DNA of 64,000 bases, taken from positions 4,216,001 to 4,280,000 of the forward strand of contig JAQFVV010000011.1 in assembly GCA_028023455.1 (NCBI GenBank). The letters run 5' to 3'. A model generated the notes under the pieces. That model was not told the origin of the DNA and made no database searches. It saw only the letters and a list, made by a program, of their open reading frames with translations. The DNA is from Epiperipatus broadwayi (Eukaryota; Animalia; Onychophora). Positions 1 through 11,430 of this stretch are shown in pieces; the stretch's first letter is position 1; the number at the start of each line of letters is the position of its first letter. The position numbers and the translations under genes are program-made.

Positions 1-41
1 CAGTTGTCCCGGGTTAGCGGGTTTGCTTCCCGGCTAATGCT
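1..41 (+). pseudogene. 3' half of a tRNA-Gly(TCC)-like pseudogene, cut by the window edge
   Basis: CAGTTGTCCCGGGTT[AGCGGGTT]TGCTTCCCGGCTAATGC aligns to the tRNA-Gly(TCC) 3' half (CAGTTGACCCGGGTTCGATTCCCGGCCAACGCA), with an 8-nt insertion in the T arm. Confidence 0.55.
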
Positions 42-187
42 ATGACACATGAGAAAAAAAAAGTTTAGTATGACCAATTATTGCATTGACAACTTTTATA
101 TAAACATGGGTCATAATATCTAATAAAAAGCGTGCGTTCGGTGGATGTTCATATTTAAGCAATACTTTGGTAATGTTCCATGTTTAG

Positions 188-541
188 CTGATTTTTAGAT
201 TTAAGAAAACTGTATTGATAGTACTTTTTTTTTTCAATTTTGTATTTTAGTCATTGCAAATACATTTAGCAGTCAAAATTAGATAATAAAATATTAGTTT
301 TAAAATGTGATGGTTAGGTTACCATGTACCCGTATACCTATAATCTTTCAAAATTTTTGGATTTTAGTCTGATTTTTAGATTTAAGAAAACTGTATTGAT
401 AGTACTTTTTTTTTTTCAATTTTGTATTTTAGCCATTGCAAATACATTTAGCAGTCAAAATTAGATAATAAAATATTATTTTTAAAATGTGATGGTTAGG
501 TTACCATGTACCTGTATACCTAAAAATTTTTGGATTTTAGT
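188..541. repeat. Tandem duplication, 181-bp period, 2 copies
   Basis: CTGATTTTTAGATTTAAGAAAAC... starts at 188 and again at 369; the copies are nearly identical. Confidence 0.95.
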
Positions 542-857
542 TCTAGCATAGAATAATAAAAGTTATTTTGGTACAAAAAATTTTTTGCACAACATTAAAC
601 ACTTTTTCTATTAGTTTTAATATTATGCAATACCTTTCAGAGATAAGAAATAAAAACTATTGGTCTTAGTTTAGATAACAGAGATGAGATTTATATTTGT
701 TTATGTTACTTACGAAGAGAGAATAATTCAACTGTTAATAGTTTTTATTTTTCCTTTTCTTTTACTTATGCATAAATATTTCAATTTTACAATTCATTTT
801 AGTTTTGCCACAGTATTGTAAAGGCATTCACAAAAATTATACTAGCATAGTATATAA

Positions 858-942
858 AAATTAAAAGAATATACACAATATTATTAAAATTGTGACTGTA
901 AAATTAAAAGAATATACACAATATTATCAAAATTGTGACTGT
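858..942. repeat. Tandem duplication, 43-bp period
   Basis: AAATTAAAAGAATATACACAATATTAT(T/C)AAAATTGTGACTGT occurs twice. Confidence 0.9.
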
Positions 943-1762
943 TTTTACATGCAAAAAGAAATACTTTCATTGTCAAATAATCACTTTTCAAAGGAACACA
1001 GGTCTCTAAAGGCACTAGTGCGAACTGTAGTTTTGATATTGAAAATGGGTACTTAGTCAGCTAGCTCTTTAATCCTGCATGGGTTATACAATTTCATATT
1101 AAATATTGTTATACCTGTATTATGTGCAAAATGTTTAATACAATTGTAATCTTCTTCCTATACAGTCTTAAATTCTTCATACTTTAAAATAAATAATTTC
1201 TTCTCCTTATAGTTAAATAGATTGGACTTCCAAAACTCTGTTCCTATATACTTAGGTCTTATTTTAACTTACTAATAATTAATTGTGATCAGGGTTTAAA
1301 GACTTTACTTTATATTTTACAAATTTTTCCATATACTTTTACAAACTTCTCTGCATAACGTGTAAAGCTTGGATATATTTATTATATTTATATTATTACC
1401 TTTTAAGAGCCCAAAATAGATGAAACAATGCAAAAGTAATGTAAACTCCCAGAAAGTTATATATACATTAACATCCATAAACATAAAATGTACAATAAGC
1501 CCATCTACATTTTAGCATTCATTGTATGTAAACACATGAAGCATATGTCAGTAAATGGTATACTTATATATTATCAAAGCTAAAGTTTAGGTGGACTTGT
1601 TTTACATTTACAGACACTCAATGGAGTTTTCCAGCACTTCCATATTATTATATTATATGGTATTATTGTACAAACAGTGCCATCATTATATACATATATT
1701 ATATAATCCTTCTAAATTCTTTTCTTCCTCCTCTGTTTTTGCTGTCTTCATATATAATAAAA

Positions 1763-1980
1763 AACTCACACACTTCACTTTTTAGCAAAAAACTTTTATT
1801 ATTGATAACAGTTTCGACTGTACCATGCAGTCTTCATCAGATCTACAAAATTTGAATATATTTTAATGGTTGTATGTTTATATATATTCAAATTTTGTAG
1901 ATCTGATGAAGACTGCGTGGTACAGTCAAAACTGTTATCAATAATAAAAGTTTTTTGCTAAAAAGTGAAGTGTGTGAGTT
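1763..1980. mobile_element. Inverted pair of Penelope-like 3' ends, each carrying a hammerhead motif
   Basis: Arms 1763-1860 and 1883-1980 are near-perfect reverse complements with a 22-nt spacer. The minus arm reads GAT-CTGATGA-A-GACTG-CATGGTA-CAGTC-GAAA-CTGTT-ATC. The plus arm has GAAA mutated to AAAA. Confidence 0.75.
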
Positions 1981-2286
1981 CTTTGAAATTTAATAATATA
2001 CATATATATACTTAATCAAAATTACCCCAAATTCACAATTCAACCACACTAGCCAAGACAAGCAGACTTCTCAAGTGTAAAGAACTACAAAATAACCTGG
2101 CACACACAGACTGGCTAAATTGCATTGGCTAGTGGATCATATAATTTCAGCATAGAAATAAAAATAATAATATCAATAATTCTGGTAATGCAGGAGGCAG
2201 TGATAGTATTATAGTATCATAAATCTAACTTTTTCCTAAATATACATACATAAAATATGTAAACTTTATTTAATACAAACTGTTCA

Positions 2287-3400
2287 AGACCAGAACAGAG
2301 AACTGCACTAGAAGCTAAGGAATGGTCAAGATGTAAAATTGATATAACTATTTTTAGTAAAACTTACCTACTAGAGAAATGAAATTTAATAAAACAGATG
2401 GATGACACAAGGTCTTTTCTAATGCTGGTCAGTCAGTGAAAGACAACATGCATGGTAATGGATTTGCTATAGTCTAATTTAGTACTTCTATTGTTGTAAA
2501 ACCTCATTATATTAATGAAAGGCTAACGATCACATTGCATATTAATGTTATTACTCATTCTATTAGTGTCTATGCTACAATCTTAAATTCACAGAAGGAA
2601 AGCTTTTATTCTTTGTTGGATAGCATTACTACAGCAATTCAATTGAAAGAATCTTTAATGCACATATTGGTATAAATGGCAAACATTGGGCAAACATTAT
2701 TGAAAATATGGTATTGGTGCTGTAATTCAAATGGTATGTTATCATTGAATCTAAACATAAACATGGGTTGACTATCACAAACACTTTGTTTATGCAGAAA
2801 AATAATTAAAAAGAAACATCAATGCATCCATGCTACAAACTATGGCATTTAGGATTAAATTTAAATTGCTACTCAGAAATTCACATTGCACAAGTACTTA
2901 CAAATGCACATTGTTGGATAGATCATAGATTAATATGCTCCTAGATTAAAATGATATCTGCATGAAAAAATAGATATTATTTCAATCATATTCATAAGAA
3001 TATTGATGTTCATTCTTTAGAAGAATCTACATACTAAATTTCAACAGCCATTAAACACTAACATTCCCTAATTTAAATTTTTAGGACTGTCATATTATTG
3101 AATTATGGAATTCTCTTAAAAAGTGCTTTATGGATAGAATTAAATCAATTCTTGACTTCATTAAAAAAAAATTTATGACTGGTTTGGACAATGATCTTAT
3201 TATTAGAGATTTGATAAAAAGGAAATGTGGCATTTTTCTGTTTGACAGAAGAATCGATTAAATGTGAAGCTTCATTGTAAATACAAAGATCTGAAGTATT
3301 GACTGGCAAGAAGACTTATATTGGTGGAATAAGCATGAAAAGAAGATGCAAACATTCACTGATTGTGTCATTCTATATCTTTTTTTGATGCATTGGACAA
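2287..3400 (+). mobile_element. Degraded RTE-BovB-type LINE, AP-endonuclease region
   Basis: The interrupted translation contains RPEQRTALEAKEWSRCKIDIT (cf. RPERRTALVARELARYNIDI), ...FNAHIG, GLTITNTLF and a DWF-D-ND-like motif. There are many stops and frameshifts. Confidence 0.75.
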
Positions 3401-3412
3401 GAGGAATGGTAT

Positions 3413-3574
3413 GACTGCAGAAAGGAGTTCATTATTAACTGAAAGGAGACCCTTTGATTCCTCTTGGAGGCCTTAAAGGACCGAGTAGTGCAAATTCCTA
3501 ATGTCCACTCCATACATTGTCATTGCAGCTGTTATTACTGTGATTATTCGTATAGTATACAAACATGGATGGGC
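3413..3574 (+). ncRNA. Degenerate HDV-like ribozyme in RTE 5'UTR (copy a)
   Basis: P1 GACTGCA/TGCAGCT with G1-U wobble; P2 GTCCA(C)TCCAT/ATGGATGGGC; P3 ACA/CAT; L3 shortened to TTGT; P4 ending CGTATAGTA; J4/2 CAAAC. Confidence 0.6.
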
Positions 3575-4461
3575 TCCTCACCAACCCACCTTAGCCAGTG
3601 TGGCGAGTTTATTGGCTTTTTATCTCTGAGTTTAAGATCAAGAAATACCATGGTCTTTTTTTCTCAGTTGCCTGATAAAGCATAATGAATGTATGTGTAA
3701 ATGATAAATATTTTTCCAATAGCATGACAGACAAAAATAAATCATGGACCTTATTCCCAGGATGCTATAAAGTCATCATGACAGACAAAAATAAATCATG
3801 GACCTTATTCCCAGGATGCTATAAAGTCACCAACCAAAGCAGCAGTTGATGGCCAAAGGCGGAGGGTATTAAGAATCGTCTGATTGTGGCCCCAGGCTGC
3901 CATTTGATGAGACTTTTTATTTAGGTACTTACAACTGCTGATCACTTTCAAGTGAAGGAAGAATGCAAGAATTAGAACTGTCTTATATTAAATGGGACAT
4001 TATTGGACTTTGTGAAGTTAGAAGAAAAGGTGAAGAGACAATTGATTTAAAAAGTGGATATGTACTCTACTATAAAGGCACAAAGACGATATTAGAAATA
4101 CAAATGGAGTAGGATTCATTATAAATAAAAAGTGGAAGAATAACATTGTAGATGTTGATGGTGTATCGGACAGAGTGGCAAAGTTAGTTATACAACTTAA
4201 TAGCAGATACTAAATGCTATGATTCAGGTTTATGCTCCAACAAGTTCTCATAGTGATGAAGTAGTAAAAGATTTTTATATGGATGTACAAAAGGCTTTTG
4301 ATCAGAGTAAACAACATTTTAAAAATTGTTATGGGAGACTTTAATGTTAGAATTGGTAAACAAATGAAAGATGAAAGTGCTGTAGTAATTTTGGTTATGG
4401 TAATAAAAATGAGAGAGGACATAGACTTGTGGAGTTAGCAGAAAAAGAAAAACTTTATATA
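3413..4461 (+). mobile_element. RTE LINE 5' portion (5'UTR + APE domain), same family as 38222-41624
   Basis: Translation gives WDIIGLCEVRRKGE, NGVGFII, VSDRVAKL, YAPTSSHSDE and MGDFNVRIG. The 5'UTR matches 41160-41624 on the minus strand. It contains a 54-bp tandem duplication (3723-3830) and ends where an RZ1 copy begins. Confidence 0.9.
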
Positions 4462-4462
4462 T

Positions 4463-4876
4463 GATAGTGGTGGCTAAGGTTATTAAAGCAACCAAAGACA
4501 CCAAAATGTATGCATACTGAACCGAGTTCAGACCTATGACTATATACGCTGATGAGCTTGGATTGGAAATATTATAGTGTTTTCAATTTAAGTCTTCTAT
4601 TTTGTAGTTAAGTAGAGGTAAATGGTGACTTCTGGAAGGTTGCATTAGATCTTACGATCTAGCTGTAGTGCGCTCAGATCCAAGGCTCCTCACTGACTAA
4701 GGCCACAAGCCAGAAACTAGTCTGGGGATATTGGATAAGTAGGCACTAAATGGGGATTTTATGTACAAGCCTTCTGGCTTGCACTGAGTGACAATACGTA
4801 TAGAGAGTTTTGCCGGTTTTTATAACAGTTAAGAGCAAGCATAAGAAATAGTGATCATGTTGTGTTTATTGGCTTA
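4463..4876 (+). mobile_element. RZ1 hammerhead-containing non-coding retroelement copy
   Basis: Homologous to 13774-14344 and 31358-31936. The hammerhead at 4678-4736 has its core mutated (CTGACTA). Confidence 0.85.
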
Positions 4877-5639
4877 AAATAATTAGAAGATTGTAGTAGT
4901 AGTGTGATATAGATATTTAAACTATATGAATTTTAAGAAAAACAAATCATTTGAAAAGTAACGGTACATAAAGAAATGCTGAACATATACATGTGTATAT
5001 TATTGAGTGTTGATTGGCTAAAATTTGTGTATTGAGATTAATAATAGATTAGTTTATTTTATTGCTCACGAGTTCATAAATGATCGGGTGCTGCAAATGA
5101 CAGAACTGGCCTTTATCCATGGATCTTAATCTCCAGCTGGTACCCTTTTATTTCAGCAAGGCAACCAGAACTATATTGAGTTTAATGCAAGCAACTTTTG
5201 TTAAGTGAAAAGTTTTGTTTATAATTAATTCTACCAATAAGAATTTTATGTTCATAAAAGTTTTTCATAAGTATATTTTAAAGCAAGCAGGTTAACAATG
5301 ATTACAGTTAATATTATTAGGGATTTAAAATAGGAAATGTAATTAATAAAAACTTCTTTTCAAATAATATTTAATTATCAAAAAAAAAAAAACAACAAAA
5401 ATAATTTTTCTAATATAGAACACAATTGTTTCTGGAACAGGATTATTTTAAATGTTTATTATTCCCCCACTCTCCCAATCCCCGTGGGAAGTATGTATTG
5501 TAACAAATTCATGAGTTTCAAAATTTATTAAACATGAAAAAAAAAAAAATTTACAATACTTCATTAAATATTTACTTTTCCCCTTTAATTCCAATAATAT
5601 TCCCCCACTTAAATTGCTCTCTTTCCAAATTGTGTGGGT

Positions 5640-6079
5640 CGTTTAAGTCGGTAAAAAACTGTCGATGCGCAAATGCGGTCTATAATTAAATTTTGCTTTG
5701 ACTCTAATAAAGTTTACTATAGCTTTTTTAAAAAAATGTTTTAATACGAAGTTTTTTAAATCGTTTTTTATAATAAGTTTTATACCTGAAAATATATTTT
5801 ACATATTGCATAAATATCATATTATTAAATGACTTTACGACATTCAAACAGCTGTTTCACGACACTTCTCACCGATTTTTTTTCTTTTTTTTTTTTTGTG
5901 GCTGACATTTCTTTGTTGGTGTGATGCGGAAGAATTTGAGTGTAAATCCTGAGCATTTTGTTTAGAGTATAGTATGCTTTTAATTTTTATTTATTTGTAT
6001 ACTACTCAATCTCATTTTTAGCGGTATGGATGGCAATATTTATTTTCTTAGCTGATTCACCGACATGTTTACGAGAATA
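5640..6079 (+). promoter_or_regulatory. Probable promoter and non-coding first exon of the kinase gene
   Basis: CpG is retained locally in otherwise CpG-poor DNA. AACAGCTGTT at 5847-5856 fits the AWCAGCTGWT housekeeping-promoter motif. A donor GTAAGT lies at 6080-6085, upstream of the polypyrimidine/TTCAG acceptor at 6405. The TSS cannot be determined. Confidence 0.5.
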
Positions 6080-6423
6080 GTAAGTGATTATAGCGCCCTA
6101 CCAATATAAATAAATCAAAATGCCGTAGAATCTTAACACTCGTAAAACTTTGTTTGTTAAATTAAATTTAACTTGTGTCGATATTTTTGCTAAAGATACT
6201 TTAAATAAATTGCTAGTAACCGATATGATTCAAAATAAAGCGTAAAAGTTTTTAGCTTTTTAAAATAAAAGTTGATTGAAATTTGATATTTAAAAGGATT
6301 ATTTTTTTTAAGAAAAAAAAAACTTTGCATCTTATTTTTTCTCTAAATAAATGCAGTTTTCTTTTTATTCCATTTTTTTTTTTTTTCGCCTTTTTTATCT
6401 TTCAGACTTCCATGTGCTTGTAA

Positions 6424-6544
6424 ATGGCGTCGGCCAAAGTAGCTAGAGAAAAGCAAAAGCGATCGGGATCGCTTACTTCGAAAGAACCGCCACCAGTTGA
6501 AGAGTTATGGTCATTAGATGACTTTGAAATGCTAAAGACCATAG
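6424..6544 (+). CDS. PRKX: First coding exon of a PKA-family AGC kinase, most like PRKX/Pka-C3 (exon 6406-6544, phase-1 donor)
   Basis: MASAKVAREKQKRSGSLTSKEPPPVEELWSLDDFEMLKTI-G. There is a strong acceptor (long T tract + TTCAG), an in-frame TAA just before the ATG, and a donor G|GTTAGA. DFxxxxTxG followed by a phase-1 intron fits PRKX subdomain I (…TVG|TGTFGRV). Kinase identity is firmer than the subfamily call. Confidence 0.7.
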
Positions 6545-7140
6545 GTTAGATTATTTATTTATTTTTCATAATAAGCTAATCAATTCAAGGTTATTGCCTT
6601 ATATTTTGGAAATTTTTAGTAGTATTTAAGATCAAGATCTTAAAATAGCACCCTCAGGCAATGTTTTACTAGAGCAGTGATGCCATTCGCTATATATATA
6701 TAGTATTTATATTAATCCTGAAAGCTTTCACTTTTTTAATATTTTTATTTATGCCGATGGACGTATTATCGCTATTAGACTAAATTAATAATAATAATAA
6801 AAAAAAGGGATTTAAACAATCATGTCGGACTATTTAACGTTTAACCTGTTTTAGAGTTTATGGCAATCGTAATATTTACTAATGGGCCAATAAAAACAAA
6901 ATGTGTACATTTATCAAACATTTAAATATTAGTGTGCGTATATATAAGATTTTATTCTCATTTGATTTTACATTGCAAATTTTTTTAAATAATAGAAAAG
7001 AAAATCGGAACTTAATAATGCATTATCTTGGAAATAATTTCTCCATGGAAGATGATTACAATTATTAATAGCTTACGTGCTATCACCATCATTTTAAGAC
7101 TTATATAATAGCCAATGAAAGAACATTTGCATAAGCAAAA

Positions 7141-7460
7141 AGAAGGGGCATGGTGCAGAGGTAGTACATGCTATGTCTGGAATTTGGGGCTCAAATTTTA
7201 GATTGAGCAAAAATTCATTTCAAAAAAGCTTGGATTTTTACCCCATATAATTGGCCTGGAGCAAACACAGATAACTATATAATGTTGATCAGTAAATGGA
7301 TATCTAGCTATTGTAATTTAGAGGATAAATACTAGGATGGAAACTGCATAATCTGCCACATCAGCATTAGAGAAGCCTGGTGAGTACTGTCTCACCTTCC
7401 CTATCTCTTTAAAAGATCTGTTGGAGATTGGTGAACTATAAGTAAAAAAGCTGTTTTAAC
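7141..7460 (+). mobile_element. Possible old tRNA-derived SINE
   Basis: A-box-like TGGTGCAGAGG and a degenerate B-box-like GGCTCAAATT, followed by a GC-richer body. Only one copy is seen in the window. Confidence 0.3.
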
Positions 7461-8954
7461 TTTTATAGTAGTTCAGCTAACCTTATTAATAAAGTTCTTG
7501 GAAATATAAAAAATTACACGAATAGTAGCCATGCATTCCACTTAGAAAATTTTGATTTAATGAATGATTGCTTTTTCTGCCATATCTTTTTTTATAGATC
7601 TTTCATCACAACTTTTTTTCCTGTATGATAGAAGAATTACATAGTTTGTATATATAACAGATGTCATTGAATGGATTAGGGCAAAAAGGTGTATTGTTAT
7701 GTTTTCTGAGTCTTTTTCAAATTTGTGGAAAGAAATTGCACATGCAACATGTACATTTACATTGTACTTGCCTCTCAATATTTTAAGTACTGTATTACAT
7801 AAATTTAGTTCCCTAATTGACAAGTCTATGTAATTGTTAGTTTTGGGTTCGGAGTATAATGAGTTGTGGTATTTATTGTTCCTTTTTGTATTTCATTTAA
7901 TAAATCACTAATTTTATGAGATAGTTACATTGTTGCTTTTTAAATTCTAATTACTGTTATTAGGGTAAATGCTGAATATTGATAGATTAACAACTTTCTA
8001 TTATGATATTTTTATGTATGACATTCATTATATTTAATTACAAATTTTTTTTAATAAAGATATAAGGGACATCATTTTATAATGAATTTTTAAACACTAA
8101 AACTCATTAAAGTTTATGATATAGTTGTATATACAAGCTGCTAATAAAAGAATGTTCTGAAATTCAAACAGATTTTGCTACTGGTCAGTGAATTATTAAG
8201 GTGGAAGGCAACTATTTCCTTGCAATAAATATAAAAAAACAAAGATTTACTTTGTTTTTTTCCAAAATACTGCTGATCTTTTGATACTGCAATATGAAAA
8301 CTAAAGTGAAATGTTTTATTCATTCACCCATGATTTACAACAATGACTTAAATTTTACTTGGTCAACATTATGAAGGATTTTTAATAGATAAGAATATCC
8401 AGAATGATGATCGAGATGTTGAGTGTTATTTTTGAATGAATATTAGCATGATTATATTGTAGTCAGAAGTTCTTTATTGAAAATATATTATTAAATTAAA
8501 TACACAACTTTTTACTAAAGAGCAATCTTTAAAGATATCGGGGAAAATGTAATTGTCTTTATGATGTCGTTTAGCATTAATTAATATTATTTATTGAAAT
8601 TATTATGTAAAACTTTTTTATTTGGTTGTTAATAACTTTTTAGAAATAAATTTCTTATATTTTAATGTCTCATATGTAAATTAAACACCATAGATTAAGC
8701 TATTAAATAATTAAGAAGCTTTAAATTTTATTCACTTTGCAATTTTGAAAATCAGGCTCTGATTTCAATTATATCGGTCTTATTTATTTATAGTTTTTTT
8801 TTTTTTTATCACATGATGTTGGGGGGGGGGGGGGCAATGAATCTATTTTTCAACAGACTATTAAAAATTATGTTCTAAATAAAATCATGAACAACTATTG
8901 TAAAAAGTTTTCAAATTTGAAAAATTTTCCTTTGTTGAATTGGATTATGCATGT

Positions 8955-9110
8955 ACACAGAGGCAAAACTTTCCATACAAAAAAACCTTCCACCATCCAT
9001 TGATTACTCTGACTTGCACTGAGTGGCACTACTATATGGAGAGTTTTGCCTCTGTGTAAACAGCTTGTGTAAGTATAAAGAATGGTGATCATGTGATGTT
9101 TACTGGTTTA
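8955..9110. mobile_element. RZ1 3' fragment with inverted 5' piece
   Basis: ACACAGAGGCAAAACTTTCCATA (8955-8977) is an inverted copy of TATGGAGAGTTTTGCCTCTGTGT. It ends with the family terminus GGTGATCATGTGATGTTTACTGG. Confidence 0.8.
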
Positions 9111-9516
9111 ATTTTCTCACCCATCTGTTGCCTGTCCTTTATTCATAACCCAATTAAATACTATTTTGGCTATTCTCTTATGCATAAATTGCAATCTACC
9201 AAACATTTTCATTTTACTTTTTGCATCTATGCTATTGAAATATGAAGTAATAAAGTAGTATATTCAATATTGAAAAATTTTGGGATCAATTTTTTATCTG
9301 AGTAAAGTTAAAAAAAAAAGCTCGGTAATTGAATGGAATAACTTGCTATTTCGGTTCTCGAATTTTATATAGCCTAGAGCAAGTTTTTGTTAAAAGTTAA
9401 ATGAAAGTCAGTAGTACTGTCATGGTTTCTAATATTAGAAGAATCACTTTGGAGTCAACAAATGTGCTTTTTAGCTGATTACTTAACAGCTTAACATACC
9501 ACACATTCATATATGC

Positions 9517-10368
9517 CAGGGTTTGGCAAAGTTTTTAACATGAAGAGCCATTTTGTATAAATATCGCCTACCAATAAAGCGTCACGATGAAATTAGTGAA
9601 AAATAAGTCCATGAAAAATATAAATGTCTGAATGGCAGTAGATATATTTGAACATTTATTTTAGAAATAGAACATAGTAAAATCTTTATACATCTTAACA
9701 AAAATAAAAATTATCTTAAAAATAAACAAACCAAAGCAAAAAATTACTTTGACAGTTTGATTTGTTCACAAATTTCTAATATATCTCATATGTAAAAAAT
9801 CCAATAGAATTACTTTAATTCATTTTTCTTTTTAAAAACTTTATTTATTTACATGAACCCGTATATACTGCAATACATTATGCACATGTTTCCAACATTT
9901 CAACTACCTCCTTGTAGTCATTATCAAGGATCTACAAATATATATTTATATTATTGTTATCAATATATATTTTTATTTCGTAATATAATATTTATTTAGC
10001 ATCTATATATAACTTTTCATTATATAAAATTTTACAATTACTTACCTCCCCCCCATTCTTTATTTTTTAAACCATTTTTTTTATTAGATCTTACACAAAT
10101 GTAAAAAACATTTACAAACTCAGCAATACCAGTAATTTTTAATATTTAAATATTTTTTCTATACAATAATTACTATTCAATAATAAGACAGAATTAAAGA
10201 AACAACTTTGTAAAATGTATTTTTCCTCTCCTAGAGTCATCGAAGTATTTATTTACAAATTCTAAGCGGAAATAAAAAATATATTTATGTTTATTATGAT
10301 CAAAAGAGCCGCAAGATTAGGATCAAAGAGCTGCATGTGGCTCACGAGCTGCAATTTGCCAATCCCTG
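9517..10368. mobile_element. Non-autonomous hAT (Charlie-like) element
   Basis: TIRs CAGGG(T/A)TTGGCAAA; flanking 8-mers ATATATGC / ATATATAC (7/8 match). Confidence 0.8.
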
Positions 10369-10929
10369 ATATATACTAATCAGTAAAGTTGCACAAAATT
10401 AGATAAATAGCACCCTTTTCTAAAATTGCTTTATTTTATACTGGAAGTTTTCAGCTGCCTTTTGAGGCAGAAGAAATCATTTATTTCTCAATGATATTAT
10501 TTTGGAATATTTTTTTGACAAATTGTAAATAAAAATATGCCATTTCAGTATAGCTGGATTGAAAGATGGACTTGTTATAATTTAAGTGAAACTAGAATGA
10601 TTAATAAATTTTGTTTAGAGATATTGTTGTGATGTTTAAGCCATTTGATGATCGCTAAAGTTATTATTTTGTGGGGAAGAATGTGTACTATAGAACAAAA
10701 ATGCATTGAAATGTTTTAAAGTGAAAAAAATATCTGTAATTTAAATGAAAAAGTATATGTCAATAATCCAATTGAAGTTTTTGATATATTTTCAAATTCT
10801 GGAAAGAAATGTAAGTAATAGCTAAAGCTGAATCAGAAAAGATAGTAATATTCACAAAGAATAAACGTCAATGAAAATGATAAAGAGGCAAATGAACAGG
10901 AAATCCCAAAGAACAATTAGGAGAGACAA

Positions 10930-11100
10930 AGAGTAATATAATGTTTGGAAATACTTTAAAATTCCGCTGTTAGTAAGTTTCTTCATTTCTGAGCAAATGT
11001 AATAACTACAAGCAATCTTTCAAGGGATTTGTGGCATCAAAACAAAGTTCCATCCAATCTTGAATGAATTCGTTAAAAAATTCCAATGGACTGATTATAA
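10930..11100 (+). mobile_element. Possible BED-finger transposase relic
   Basis: NVWKYFKIP...AKCNN resembles the BED-finger start (VWxxF...akC), but the sequence is frameshifted and the later ligands are unclear. Confidence 0.3.
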
Positions 11101-11303
11101 TTTAAGTAACAAAGATCAAATAGAGAAGGAAGGAATGAATATTCAGATGGGTCTGCCAAGATACACTAGCAATTAGATTAGTTATAAGACCATAGAAATT
11201 GATGGCATTGCATCAGAAGCTTCACAAAAAATTCAAGAACCAATATAAAGGCTGATCAAATTACAGTTAATCCAGAAAATCATTCAATTTGCTTACAAAT
11301 TGA

Positions 11304-11430
11304 CCTAAAGCATGTGCGGTTGAAAATGCAAAGGTAGGGACCTCTACAGGTCTTAACCACAAGCTTACGCATCGTGGTTAAGGCCTGTAGAGGTCCCTAC
11401 CTTCGCATTTTCAACCGCACATGCTTTAGG
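11304..11430. mobile_element. 127-bp near-perfect palindrome; probable TTAA-type (piggyBac-like) MITE
   Basis: ~57-bp arms starting CCTAAAGCATGTGCGG with a 13-nt loop. Flanks TTGA / TTTA are each one mismatch from TTAA. Confidence 0.6.

Noticed and set aside
8820-8834. Poly-G run (and poly-C at ~20957) as functional G-quadruplex elements
   Set aside because: These are simple homopolymers with no supporting context.
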